Source: Eledone cirrhosa (taxonomy: Eukaryota). Taken from it: DNA of 64,000 bases. Every line of letters begins with the position of its first letter. Positions within the stretch are counted from its first letter, which is position 1. Positions 1 to 12,627 of the stretch are shown piece after piece. A program made the position numbers and the translations under genes. Location: contig OZ024742.1 of assembly GCA_964016885.1 (NCBI GenBank), positions 188,356,001 through 188,420,000 of the forward strand. Direction: 5' to 3'. The notes below the pieces were generated by a model. That model made no database searches and was not told the origin of the DNA. It saw only the letters and a program-made list of their open reading frames with translations.

Positions 1-13
1 ACCTCTATTCTTT

Positions 14-64
<51 letters not shown>

Positions 65-766
65 CTATTAAGTTAGACATCGCCTGGGCCAATACTGGCC
101 AACACCTATGATAGTTAGCAAAGTTATATATACATATATATATATATATGTGTGTGTGTGTCTGTTTGTGTACGTGTGTGTGTGTGTGTGTGTGTGTATA
201 CAGAAACTTATATATTCTGCATGCATACACAGGCAGGTACACATATGTATATGTATTATACAGGCATTTAGTTATATGTACACACATAGGCATACACATA
301 GGTATATATGTGTATATGTGTTAACCACATAACTGAAAGTTTTTTCTGAATTAACATTTTAAATGTCTAAACCGATCAAGAAACATTTAACGAATTTTAT
401 TTATATCTTTCTGAGAGAAGCGAGGATTCCATTTTTATATAATCTACTTTCCGAATTACAAATAACAGGACAGTCATGAGGATGGTTTTGGAAATGTTAT
501 CTGTGAATAGCTTGCCAAAAACTCTAAATCAAATGAACTTAGTCTTCTTTACTTATTCCATCAAGGAAATTTTCCGATAATATAAATATAGTGAATCACA
601 AGAATTGAAATAGTTTGGCAATATTTCAATGTATGTAAAACTTTGAAAACCTCCCCAACACCGCCACTAATAAATGCTTCCTCATCCTCCCGTCACTAGC
701 CCTACACTCCCTCTCTCTCTACTAATTTTGAATTTCTATATATTCTCAGGTTATTTTCTGTCACCA

Positions 767-876
<110 letters not shown>

Positions 877-883
877 TCTACCT

Positions 884-917
<34 letters not shown>

Positions 918-1153
918 CTATCTCTCTCTGTGTCTGTCTGTCTCTGTATATGTTCTGGAGATCTCTCTGCACTTGTGGTCACATGGTACCATGGGCCCAG
1001 CACTATGTGTCAATAATTGTCACAAGTGTAGTGTTTGTACCAGAGGTTTGAAGTTGCTGGCTGGACTAAAATGTCACTCGTTCAGCGCATTGGTAGGAGT
1101 TCTCCTACATGGATATAAAGTAGTGGCCGTACTCGAAAACGAGTTGGCAGCCA

Positions 1154-1194
<41 letters not shown>

Positions 1195-1239
1195 GATAGG
1201 ATCAGTTTCAAACCCGATACTTTATTATATATATATATG

Positions 1240-1319
<80 letters not shown>

Positions 1320-3190
1320 TAAATTAGCGAAAATCGTACTTCAGCTCAGGAATTAACGAAAATCAATGTCCGATATGTGTGGCAAGCGCTCGATGATTCA
1401 TGTGAATCAGAGCTACAACATATGTTAAGGGCCAAACACACTGAGATGATGGTTAAACAGATCATCCGCACAGCCAAAACAAACGACCAAGTAATTCGGG
1501 TCAAACAATAAAAATATGTGATTGATAATTTACCCGGACCCTGGACTATTGGTAAAATCCAGTAGTTGCCTAAAACCGTTAACCAGAACCTTGTTAAACA
1601 CATGAAGGAAGCAAATCATTTACACGTATTGTCCTCCAACTAAACTCCTACGACATAGATGTCCCTGTGAATTGTTCATCGACCTGATAAACGTAATAAA
1701 AGATCTGTGAAATGACAGACATCTTATATAGATCAACATCTCTGACTTCTGAGATCAAACACACATTGTAATTCATGATATATTATAAACTGAGATCTGA
1801 TAAATCGTTCGTACATCTTCCTTAAATATTAGTAACCTGTTAGTAATCATATTTACCATCGAAAGACAGACCTCCGGCAGCGTCAAAGATGAGTGTTCTA
1901 GTTGTTCAATGAGCGTAACTGTCGGATCGTGATTTAATCGAATATCTTCCCTTTACATTGCTGGTCTTGTACCAAACGTAGAAACAATAACCAATTGAAT
2001 CTCTTCCTCATAACGTTCCCATACTGCTGCGGCCGCACGTTAAGAGAATCTTGAAACTCCCTTAACAATACATGTATCCATTCGTCAGCATCAACTGGCA
2101 TATAAGCGAATGAGAAGTTGACTGTTTGACCTATCCAGAGAGCATAGTTAACACTGGAGCTACTAAATACCACCTGGGCTATCCTTATTGAAGTTAGGTA
2201 TTCTCATATGTAGTTTCTCTTATATCTCCATTTATGCGTAAGCATATTTGTTATATATGTTTTGTCTGTAATTTGACCGTTCTCCTTTAAATCTATATCT
2301 ATGTTTGTTATTTTATTAATTATATTGATCTAGTATCCCACACCCTCTGTTATTAAATCACAAGTTCACGTATCCCGCATGTAAACTTGCTCAACGGATT
2401 GCACCGCGTATAATTCTATGTATCATACGATCATCACCATCAGTATTAAACTGAACAACAGCACAAAAAGCCATTCGCTTGCTCACCCTCCTTTTCCTCC
2501 TCCTTTCCTCCTCGTTTTCCTCCTCCTCCTCTTTCTCATCATCATAAGCAGCAGCAGCATCATGGTCAACGTGAGCAAGACACCATTATCAGCAGCAGTA
2601 GTGATATTTTTTAATCGATAGCAATTTATAGATTCCTGATAGGACCAACAATCTCATCGATAGTTTAGCTTGTACTTTCAAAATTATCTCAGCTTTTATT
2701 TTTTTATATTTTTCAATTTTGTTATTTTATCCTCACCGTTTCTTTCCTCTTTTATCACTATTCTTTATATTGCCCTATGTATACTTATTGAAGCATTTCA
2801 TTCACACCAGTAACCAGTAATGCACCATCACTATTTTAATTTAAATTATCGCAATTCCTCCTTGCACCTTCCTATTCACTCTGGGGATAATTAGATTACT
2901 CACGAGCAACTGTTCTGAAAAGACCAGAACACACAGCGACGAAAATAGCAATGTTAATGCGGTGACGACAATATATGATGGTCATGATCATGTTTATGAT
3001 GGTGATCATGTCGGTAGATTGAAGATGATGGTGATGACGTGATAGTGGTGGAATGAGGATAAGAATGATGATGATGACAATTATACAAAATGGAGACGGG
3101 TTGGAGTTAAAATAAAAAAGATTTGAATAAACAAAAGAGATAAAAAGAAAAAATAGAATAATAAATAGAATAAAAACATGAATAATAATG

Positions 3191-3240
<50 letters not shown>

Positions 3241-3243
<3 letters not shown>

Positions 3244-3566
3244 GAGAGTGCAAGAGAAGGAGAGGGAGAAAATTAACCGATACCAGGACCTAAAGTGGGA
3301 GGTGAAAAGGATTTGGAACTGCCATGAAGTCAAAGTGATCCCGATTGACATAGGCGCACTGGGGACTATCTTCAAAAGTTTCCAGGGATGGTTAAAGAAA
3401 ATCGGCCCCTTCACGCTTTTTGGAACGCTTCAAAAGGCATGCTTGCTTGGAACAGCAAGAACCCTCCGATACGTCCTGAATATCTGAGGCTGCAGGTAGT
3501 GGCTTGATATTCAATCCAACGGACTTTCCAGTTAACCAACATCAATGACTGAGATTCAAGGAATAA
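3241..3566 (+). mobile_element. R4/Dong-like non-LTR retrotransposon, 3' fragment (RLE C-terminus + 3'UTR), subfamily A
   Basis: Translation TRVQEKEREKINRYQDLKWEVKRIW...IPIDIGALGTI...QKACLLGTARTLRYVLNI*; (AAT)n on both sides. Confidence 0.85.
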
Positions 3567-3589
3567 CAATAACAATAATAATAATAATA

Positions 3590-3899
3590 ATGATTTCTTT
3601 ATTAACCACAAGGGTTTACGTAAAGTAGACATTAAGGACAGTGCAGGACAATACAGGACGGTACAAATGGGCATTTCTGCGTGTAAAAAACAGAGGATGT
3701 AATAAAATAACAAAGAAAAATTCCCCAATAGGGGGGAGACTTCCGAGAGACATTTGTGGAGAAAGCCCATTAAAAGACCACAGTGACCCTGACCAGCAGG
3801 GCAAGTGCCCTCTCCCAGTTTTCCACCTTTAATTTACAGACACATACTCAGAGAAGGCCCATTCATTCGGGCCATACTTGCTTCTCTCACCCATCTTTC
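3590..3899 (-). mobile_element. L1/Tx1-like LINE, short 3' fragment
   Basis: Minus translation ERWVREASMARMNGPSLSMCL*; 3'UTR closely similar to 6126-6430, ending ccttgtggttaataaagaaatc(att)n. Confidence 0.8.
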
Positions 3900-3940
3900 A
3901 ATAATAATAATAATAATGATAATAATATTAATAATATTAA

Positions 3941-4368
3941 TTTTAGCATACAGACGGACAAGAAACTGGAACACAATAGACCTGACATTGTGGTTTTGGA
4001 CAGGGAAAAAGATTGTGCCTGATTGTGCATATAGCCTGCCCATTCAACACGAGAGTGCAAGAAAAGGAGAGGGAGAAAATTAACCGTTACCAGGACTTAA
4101 AGTGGGAGGTAAAATGGATTCGGAACTGCCATGAGGTTAAAGTGGTCCCGATTGTCATAGGCGCACTAGGTACTATCTCAAAAAGTTTCCAAGTATAGTT
4201 AAAGAAAATTGGTCCCGCGCCGCTTTTTGGAACACTTCAAAAGGCATGCTTGCTGGGAACAGCAAGAACACTCCGATACGTCCTGAATATCTGAGAATGC
4301 AGGTAGTGGCTTGATATTCATTTCAACAAACTTTCCAGTTAAATAACATCAATGACTGAGACTCAAAG
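3941..4368 (+). mobile_element. R4/Dong-like 3' fragment, subfamily A, frameshifted
   Basis: FSIQTDKKLEHNRPDIVVLDREK / IACPFNTRVQEKEREKINRYQDL (RPD RLE motif); same 3'UTR as 3241-3566; (AAT)n tail. Confidence 0.85.
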
Positions 4369-4371
4369 AAC

Positions 4372-4409
<38 letters not shown>

Positions 4410-4410
<1 letters not shown>

Positions 4411-6107
4411 CTGTTCTACATGGATGACCTGAAACTATTTGCAAAAAATGATGAACAATTGCAAGGGCTATTATCCACTGTGAAGCAGTTCAGTGATGAC
4501 ATTAAAATGGAGTTTGGACTGGATAAATGCGCCAAAGCAACGTTCACCAGAGGAAGCTGCTGAAGAGTTCAGACATTAATCTTGATCGGGGGAACGTGAT
4601 AAGAGAGCTTGATCAAGAACAAACTTACAAATATCTAGGTGTTTGTGAAGGAGACGGAATCAAGCACTCGACAATGAGGGAAAGGATAAGGAAGGAATGT
4701 TACCGCAGAGTCAGAGCAATCTTAAGAACGGAATTGAATGCAAGGAATAGGATCGATGCCATAAACACGCTTGCCATACCAGTAGTAACCTACAGTTACA
4801 ATGTCATCAACTGGTCAAGCACAGAGATCCGTAGGCTCGATACAAAAATCCGAAAATTCTTAACCATGCACAGAATGCATCACCCTAAGGCAGACATAGA
4901 TAGAATATATCTCCCTAGGAAAGAAGGAGGACGTGGGTTAATCCAGTTAGACGTTGCGTTGAAAACTGCAAAAATTGGATTATCCACATATATAAGGGAA
5001 TCACATGATTGGATGATCAAACTCGTTTTGAAACACGAAAGCACCAAAAGATCATATTCCATTACAAAAGATGCACAAAGATACAGTAATGGACTACAAA
5101 TTTCAGAAGTCCCATTTACTGCTGAAATGGAAAACACAGAAAAAGCAAAGCAGGTAAAAGTAACTGCAAAGAAAGAACTGCTACAGAAACTGGCTAAGAA
5201 ATGGCAAGAAAAGCCTCTGTATGGAAAATACCCAGAGCGAGCTAACAATCCTGATGTTGACAAAACTTTAACCCATCAGTGGTTGGCATCCTCTGGACTG
5301 AAATCGGAGACTGAAGGACTGATTATATCCGCACAAGATCAGTGTCTGCCAACAAAAAATTACCAAGCCAACATAATAAAAAATGGGTGCAGCCCATTAT
5401 GCCGTGTATGCAAAAAACAACCAGAGACCATTGACCATATAATTTCAATGTGCAGTCCTATAGCTCCAACCGAATACCTAAACAGGCATGACAGAGCTGC
5501 ACAATACATACATTGGATAATGTGTAAGCATTTTGACCTGCCCCATCAAAAGAATTGGTGGGAGGATCAACCACCTCCCATACTTGAAAAAGATCACATC
5601 TCAATCTTGTGGAACTTTAGCATCCAAACAGACCGAAAAATAGATGCAAATAGACCTGATATAATATTGAAGGACTTTCAAAGGAGGGTATGCCTGCTAA
5701 TTGATATGTCTGTTCCAATAGACAAGAATGTATCTATAAAAACATTTGAAAAATTGAGCAAGTATAAGGACCTGGAGATAGAAATTGGAAAAATGTGGAA
5801 ATTGAGAACTAAAACAATACCAGTGGTTGTAGGCGCTCTGGGAATGATACCTAAGGGGTCTAACGACTACTTATCGCAAATCCCAGGAAACCCGCGTATA
5901 GGAGAAATACAAAAGATAGTACTAATGGGAACTGCCCATATACTAAGGAAGATCCTGTCAATATAAGTACATCACAAGTCTAAACACTAAGGATGCATGT
6001 GTGAATATGTATGTTCTTTCTTGAACATGGTGGACCTTGTTGTCTCTTGAGGTCACTGGTTGTGACTTGGTGATAACTCGTATAAACATAAAGCAAGATA
6101 AATGCAA
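4410..6107 (+). mobile_element. R4/Dong-like element, subfamily B, 5'-truncated inside RT
   Basis: Starts LFYMDDLKLF (RT motif); frameshift near 4553 into ORF 4527-5966; (AAT)n at both ends. Confidence 0.9.
4527..5966 (+). pseudogene. RT thumb + CCHC finger + restriction-like endonuclease of the R4/Dong-like element
   Basis: YKYLG, GGRGL, CRVCKKQPETIDHIISMC, RHD, NRPDIIL, KLSKYKDLEIEI, PVVVGALG. Confidence 0.9.
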
Positions 6108-6125
6108 ATAATAATAATAATAATA

Positions 6126-9100
6126 ATGATTTCTTTATTAACCACAAGGGTTTACATAAAGTAGACATTAAGGACAGTGCAGGACGGTACAAATGGGCAT
6201 TTCTGCGTGTAAAAAACAAAAACAGAGGATGTAACAAAAAATAACAATGAAAAATTCCCCAATAGGGGGGAGACTTCGGAGGGACATTTGTGGAGAAAGC
6301 CCAGTAAAAAGCCACAATGACCCTGACCACCAAGGCAAGTGCCCTCTCCCAATGTTCCACCTTTAATTTACAGATATATACTCAGAGTAGGCCCATTTAC
6401 TCGGGCCATTCTTGCTTCTCTCACCCATCTTTCAACAAAATGCTGGGAAGAGAGCACTTCCCTCTCTACTCTGATTTTCCTTTTCAAATGAAATTTGAAA
6501 AAGTCAATCAGAGCATCACCGAAGAGGTAAGTGCTCGTCTTCAGCCCTTTCAAACGTGTCCACCATACTATCTCTTTCGCCATGGCCACCAGACAGATAA
6601 AAACTGCCAGCCCTTCCCGGCTAAAAGAGGAGGGCGGGGCAATCCTCACGGTGGACTCAGATGATAGCCGGATCCGTCCTAAACGCGACAGCAGGTATTC
6701 GACATAAACCCACAAGTCAGCAATTTTCGGACACTGGACGAGTGCGTGCAGGACGGTTTCGTCGCCCTGTGCGCATCTCGGACATGCCCGGCTGACGGCA
6801 CCTCCATGCCTGTAGAGTTTATCCCGAACTGGCAAGGCTCCTCGGTAGCACTGCCAGGCCAGAGATTTCTGGAAGTTGTCCATAGGCCCCGGCCCGAAAG
6901 TTCTTCCGAAGAGATTGGCTAGTTGATTTTCGTCGACGCCGAGAGTTTCCCCAAGTACGTCGTCGCTCTTCCCCTCCACTAATCCTCTATAGAACGCCGA
7001 GGTGGAGTTTCCACCGATCACATTGCCCGATTGGTCGAGGGCTGTGAGCGCCTGAAGACATTCCAGTCTCCAGGCGCTCCCTCTCGGTCTTCGCTTGACC
7101 CAGGACTGCAGCTCCGTCAAGGAAACGAGCTGGGGAAATACGTGTCTAGCAAACGGCGACCACACCTGATCACCGTCGAGGAAGAGGTGGAGATGTCGTA
7201 GCCTGAGCGCGTGCCTGCGCATCATCAGCCACGGCATGCCCAGCCCTCCACGTAGCGGGTGTTGACAACAGATGGACCGCCTGACCATCGGAGCGCGTCC
7301 CTTCCACAAAAAGCGAAAGAGCAAACGCTCCAGCGCAGTCAGGCAAGGCTTAGGACAAGATACGACGGTCAGGCGGTAGCAGATGACAGACGCGATGTAC
7401 GCGTTAGCCACCTCCGCTCGACCTTTCAGGGATAGCTTCCTCTCCGCCCATTTCTGGGTGAGAGAAGCCACCCTGCTCGTCACCTCGTCCCAGTTTTTGT
7501 CCGTCTGGAGGTCCGGACCGAACCAGACCCCTAGCAATTTAACCGGTCCGTCCGTTCAGCGTCCGACGTCGCTGTTGGACGGCATGGACCTGCCTCTCCA
7601 GGTGCCGAGCTGCAGGCCCACTAACCTTTCCTGGTTGATCATTGCTCCTGTCACCGCTTCGTATTCTCTTAGTGTAGTGCCGATCGCCTCGATGTGTTTG
7701 GCGTTCGACACCACTAAGGTGACATCGTCCGCATATGCTGACACGGATCTTCCGCATCCTAGTTCGCGCAGGACGCCCCTCAACGTCTCCAGTTTGTGCA
7801 GTAATGGCTCGAGAGTCAATACGTACAAGAGGGACGAGAGGGGACATCCTTGGCGGACCGAGCGCATGATGTTGAACAGTTCCGACAGGTGACCGTTCAC
7901 TCTCACCACAGAGCATATGTTGCTGTGCATGGCAGCGATCCAGCCTCTGAAGACGGGCCCAAAGCCAGCCGCCCTCAGGACTGCCGCTATGTAACGATGG
8001 TCGACCCTATCGAAAGCTTTCGACTGATCTAAATTGATCAAGGACCCACCCGTGCCAGGTTCCCTAGCTACCCTCTCTACGATGTATCGCATGAGGTGGA
8101 GGTTGTCGTGGATGGATCTGTCGGGAATGGCGCATGTCCGCGCCTCTCCCACCAGACCACCAACGACAAGCGCCAACCTCTTTGCTAGCACCTTGGCCAA
8201 AATCTTGAACTCTGTGTTTAGCAGAGTTATGGGCCGGAAATTATCTGTTATCCCCCTTGTTCGGATCCTTTCTCAGCAGTGCCACCGCTCCTCGGCTCAC
8301 AGAACTGGGAATTCTCCCGCTCTGTTGTCAGTTGCAGTAGACGTCCGCCAAGAGGCCTCCGAACAAGTTTGGCATCTGTACGTAAAGTTCATAGGGCAGA
8401 CCATCCAAACCAGGCGATTTACCCCTTGTGCAGCCAGTCATAGCCTCCCTTACTTCAGCGGCTGTTATCGGCTTTTCGCAACACTTCGCCTCAGTGACTA
8501 AAGTCCATCCCTCGACCCGGCCCACCGCTGCCCCCGAACAGCTGAGCGAAGTGTCGCTGAAAAGCTTCACACATTTTCCCAGAAACGAGTAGCATGCGCC
8601 CGTCGTGGTCCACCAAAGACCGGATCGTGGCTTTGTTGCCACGACGCGCCTCCGCCACTCGGGCCCATTGAACGGCTTTCGTCCCCTCGTGTCTGAGAGC
8701 ACGCACCCTTGCTCTGACAACACAGCCTTCGTGCTTTGCATTGAAGAATTGGTCAAGGGCCAATTTCGCCGCAAGCACGTCGGTCGCAATGCCTTTGCTA
8801 AGCGCCTCGTCTAATTTTCTAACTAGTTCTCCCTCTGCTCTATTTTTCTCTATTGCTAAAGCCTTACTAAACCTAATGGATTCTATTCTAATCGCTCTTT
8901 TCAGAGCAAACCACCACTTGTTGTTGACGATGGCCCCCGTCAAAGCCCGCTTAACAAGTTCGCTAATCCGGTCTCTGTAGACCTTGCGCGCTGGTAGGGA
9001 CGCGTTTAGCTTCCAGTAGCCGGGTCCTCGTCTATGAAACCTATCTAAGTCAAGCACACAGATCACGAATTTGTGGTCCGTGTAGCTGACTATCTTGAAT

Positions 9101-9547
9101 TGTGGACAGCCTATGCTAGACCTATCTATTTCCCTACAAAATACTCTATCTAGATATGATCTGGATGACCCTATGCGATTTGTCCAAGTCCACATTGGCG
9201 CATTCGCGAAATCCAATCGGTACCTGCCAGACAGTTCAAAACGCCTGAGCAGGTTGGTGAGGCTCTTGCACCCTCCACCCCTATCCGCTAATCCCACACA
9301 GTCCCAGCGTGCATCTAAGTTCCCATTCCAGTCGCCCACTAACACTAAATAGCGGGACGTTCCAAGAAAGGTCTCCAGACGCCGGAAGAAATCAGGCCGC
9401 CCTGCTCCTGTCGGGGCATAGACGGCCACTAGCCTGAAAGCTTGCCCGTCTCCGCTGGTCACGTCCAGCACCACCAGCTTACCCTCTGGGTCCAGGAAGA
9501 TGGCCCGTATGGCGAGATCCAAACCTCTCCGAAAAAGCACAGCAACT
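6126..9547 (-). mobile_element. L1/Tx1-like LINE, 5'-truncated in the AP endonuclease; ORF2 broken by several frameshifts
   Basis: ORF pieces 8491-9540 (VYAP, GDWN, SYLDR, TDH), 8328-8789 (KSPGLDGLPYE), 7556-8200 (DQSKAFDRV, VRQGCPLS, AYADD), 6368-7537 (CPRC..ETVLHALVQC); AATAAA followed by (ATT)n. Confidence 0.92.
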
Positions 9548-9569
9548 CCCCCCCCCCCCCCCCCCCGAT

Positions 9570-10066
9570 TCTGAGAAATGTTATGAGCATAGGCCGGAGG
9601 CGGTGATGGAGAACAATCAGGTGAAGGTGATGTGGGATTTTAGGATACAGACGGACAAAAAACTGGAACACAATAGACCTGACCTGGTGGTTGTGGACAA
9701 AGAAAAAAGATCGTGTCTGATTGTGGATGTGGCCTGCCCGTTCGACACGAGAGTGCAAGAGAAGGAGAGGGAGAAAATTAACCGATACCAGGACCTAAAG
9801 TGGGAGGTGAAAAGGATTTGGAACTGCCATGAAGTCAAAGTGATCCCGATTGTCATAGGCGCACTGGGGACTATCTCCAAAAGTTTCCAGGGATGGTTAA
9901 AGAAAATCGGCCCCTTCACGCTTTTTGGAACGCTTCAAAAGGCATGCTTGCTTGGAACAGCAAGAACCCTCCGATACGTCCTGAATATCTGAGGCTGCAG
10001 GTAGTGGCTTGATATTCATTCCAACGGACTTTCCAGTTAACCAACATCAATGACTGAGATTCAAGG
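9570..10066 (+). mobile_element. R4/Dong-like 3' fragment, subfamily A
   Basis: ORF 9603-9992 WDFRIQTDKKLEHNRPDLVVVD...DVACPFD; 3' part almost identical to 3241-3566. Confidence 0.88.
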
Positions 10067-10097
10067 AATAACAACAATAATAATAATAATAATAATA

Positions 10098-10519
10098 ATA
10101 GATGCAAATAGACCTGATATAATATTGAAGGACTTTAAAAAGAGGGTATGCCTGCTAATTGATATGTCTGTTCCAATAGACAAGAATGTATCTATAAAAA
10201 CATTTTAAAAATTGAGCAAGTATAAGGACCTGGAGATAGAAATTGGAAAAATGTGGAAATTGAGAACTAAAACAATACCAGTGGTTGTAGGCGCTCTAGG
10301 AATGATAACTAAGGGGTCTAATGATAACTTATCGCAAATCCCAGGAAACCTGTGTATAGGAGATATACAAAAGATAGTACAAATGGGAACTGCCCATATA
10401 CTGTCAATATAAGTACATCACAAATCTAAACACCTAAAGATGCATGTGTGTGAATGTATGTTCTTTCTTGAACATGGCGGACCTTGTTGTCTCTTGAGGT
10501 CACTGGTTGTGACTTGGTG
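10098..10519 (+). mobile_element. R4/Dong-like 3' fragment, subfamily B
   Basis: Near-identical to 5641-6073; (AAT)n on both sides. Confidence 0.88.
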
Positions 10520-10552
<33 letters not shown>

Positions 10553-10554
<2 letters not shown>

Positions 10555-10585
10555 TGTTACTACTTTAGGCACAAGGCCAGCAATT
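10553..10585 (-). mobile_element. About 33-bp SINE 3' tail fused to the 3' end of a Tx1-like copy
   Basis: Minus strand aattgctggccttgtgcctaaagtagtaacaatt matches the SINE 3' end (e.g. 50329-50361). Confidence 0.7.
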
Positions 10586-12627
10586 ATGGCCACAAGGGCT
10601 GACACGAAGAAAAACATTAGAGACGGCACAGAACAGTACAGGAGGATATAAAGTGGGTTTTGGTCGTGTAAACAGGTTATAACAAAATCGGGCTAGATAT
10701 TCAACAAATTTCAGACAACAAAAATTACTCAAGAAGGGGAAAACCTCCGAGGGTCACTCGTGGGGAAAACCACATAAAGACCACGGCCACCCTGACCACC
10801 AGGGCAAGCGCTCTCTCTCAATTTTCCCACTCCTCAGTCTACAGGCGCATATTCAGAGCGGACCCGTTCACTCGGACCAGACTCACCATTTTCACCCACC
10901 TTTCAACAAGCTTACTAGAAGACAGCACTCGTCTCTCGACCCTGATTTTGCTCTTCAAGTGAAACTTGAAAAAGTTAATCAGGGATTGGCCGGAGAGGAA
11001 AGTGTCCATCTTCAACTCTTTCAATCTTGTCCACCACACAATCTCTTTCGACATGGCCACCAGGCAGATGAAAACTGCCTGCCCTTCCTCATCTTTAATG
11101 GGGGAGGGCGGGGCTATCTGCACAATGGTTTCAGTCGATAACTGGATGTGTACTACATGCGACAGCAGCTGTGCGTCATAGCTCCACAATTCAGCAATCC
11201 TGGGGCACTGAACAAGTGCGTGCAGGACGGTTTCGTCGCCCGGCGCACATCTCGGACAGGATCGGCTGACAGCATCCCCGTGCCTGTAGAGCTTATCCCG
11301 AACCGGCAACGCTCCCAGCTAGCACTGCCAGGTCAGAGATTTCTGGAAGTTGTCCATAGGCCCCGGTCTGAAAGTTCTCTTGAAGAGAACGAAGAGCTGG
11401 TCGTCTTCGACGCCCAGGGTCTCCCCGAGAGAGTCGTCGCTCTTTCCCTCCACTAACCCTCTATAGAACGCCGAGGTCGATGTTCCACCGATACTAGTGC
11501 ACAGCCGGTAGACGGCGGTGAGCGCTTGGAAACATTCCAGCTTCCAAGCGTTATCCCTCGGTCTTTTCATGATGCAGGACTGCAGCTCCGTCAAGGAGAC
11601 GAGTTGGGGGAAAAGCGCGTCTGGCAAACGGCGACTACACCTGTTCACCGTAAAGGAAGTACCAGTGATATCGCATTCTCAGCGCATGTTTGCGCATCAT
11701 CAGCCACGCATTCCTAGTCCTCCACGCAACAGGTGTTGACAGCAAATGGATCGTCTGACCATGGGAGCACGTCCCTTCCTCAAAAATCGGAAGAGAAGGC
11801 CCTCCATTTTAGTCAGAGTTTGGCGGGGGCAAGGTACGATGGTCAGCCGGTATTGAATGACGGACGCTATGTACGCATTCGCCACCTCCGCCTGACCTTT
11901 CAGAGACAGCCTCTTCTCGGCCCATTTCTGGGTGAGAGAGGCCAATCTGCTGGGTCACCTTGCTTCGTTTTTCGCCATCTGGAGGTACGGAGCGAACCAG
12001 ACCCCGAGCAATTTAACCGGTCCTTCCGTCCAGTGCCCCACGACGCTGTCAGACGGCATGGCCTTGCCTCTCCAGGTGGGGAGTTCCAAGCCTACCGACT
12101 TTTCCAGGTTTATTTTGCTCATGTCACCACTTTGTATTCCTTCAGAGCGCTGCCGAGCATCTGGACCTGTTTGGTGCTCGACACCACCATGGTGACGTCA
12201 TCGGTGTGAGCTGACACGGATCTCCCGCATCCCAGTTCGCGTGGGACTGCCCTCATCGTCTCCAATTTGCGTAGTAAAGGCCCTAGGGCCATTACGTACA
12301 AGAAGGACGAGTGGGGGAAACTCTAGCGGACCGGGCGCATGATGCTGAAAGGCTGTGACAGGTGACCATTTACCCTCACAATCGAACAGATGTCGCTGTG
12401 CATCGCAGCGATCCAGCCCCTAAAAACTGGTCCGAAGCCGGCCGCCTCGAGGACGGCAGCCAGGTACTGATGGTTGACCCTATCAAATGCTTTAGACTGA
12501 TCCAAGTTGATCAGGGCCCCACCCGTGCCAGGTTCCTTAACCACCCTATCTATGATGTATCGCATGAGATGGATGTTGTCGTGGATGGATCTGTCCGAGA
12601 TGGCACATGTCTGCGCCTCTCCCACCA
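10586..12627 (-). mobile_element. L1/Tx1-like LINE RT/C-terminal fragment, degraded
   Basis: LVGEAQTCAISDRSIHDN, DQSKAFDRV, SAHTDD, CPRC..ETVLHALVQC; multiple frameshifts. Confidence 0.88.

Noticed and set aside
1934-2173. 79-aa non-repetitive ORF
   Set aside because: No recognisable motif or exon boundaries
6520-6535. AG|GTAAGT motif
   Set aside because: No pyrimidine tract; lies in the antisense of a Tx1 ORF
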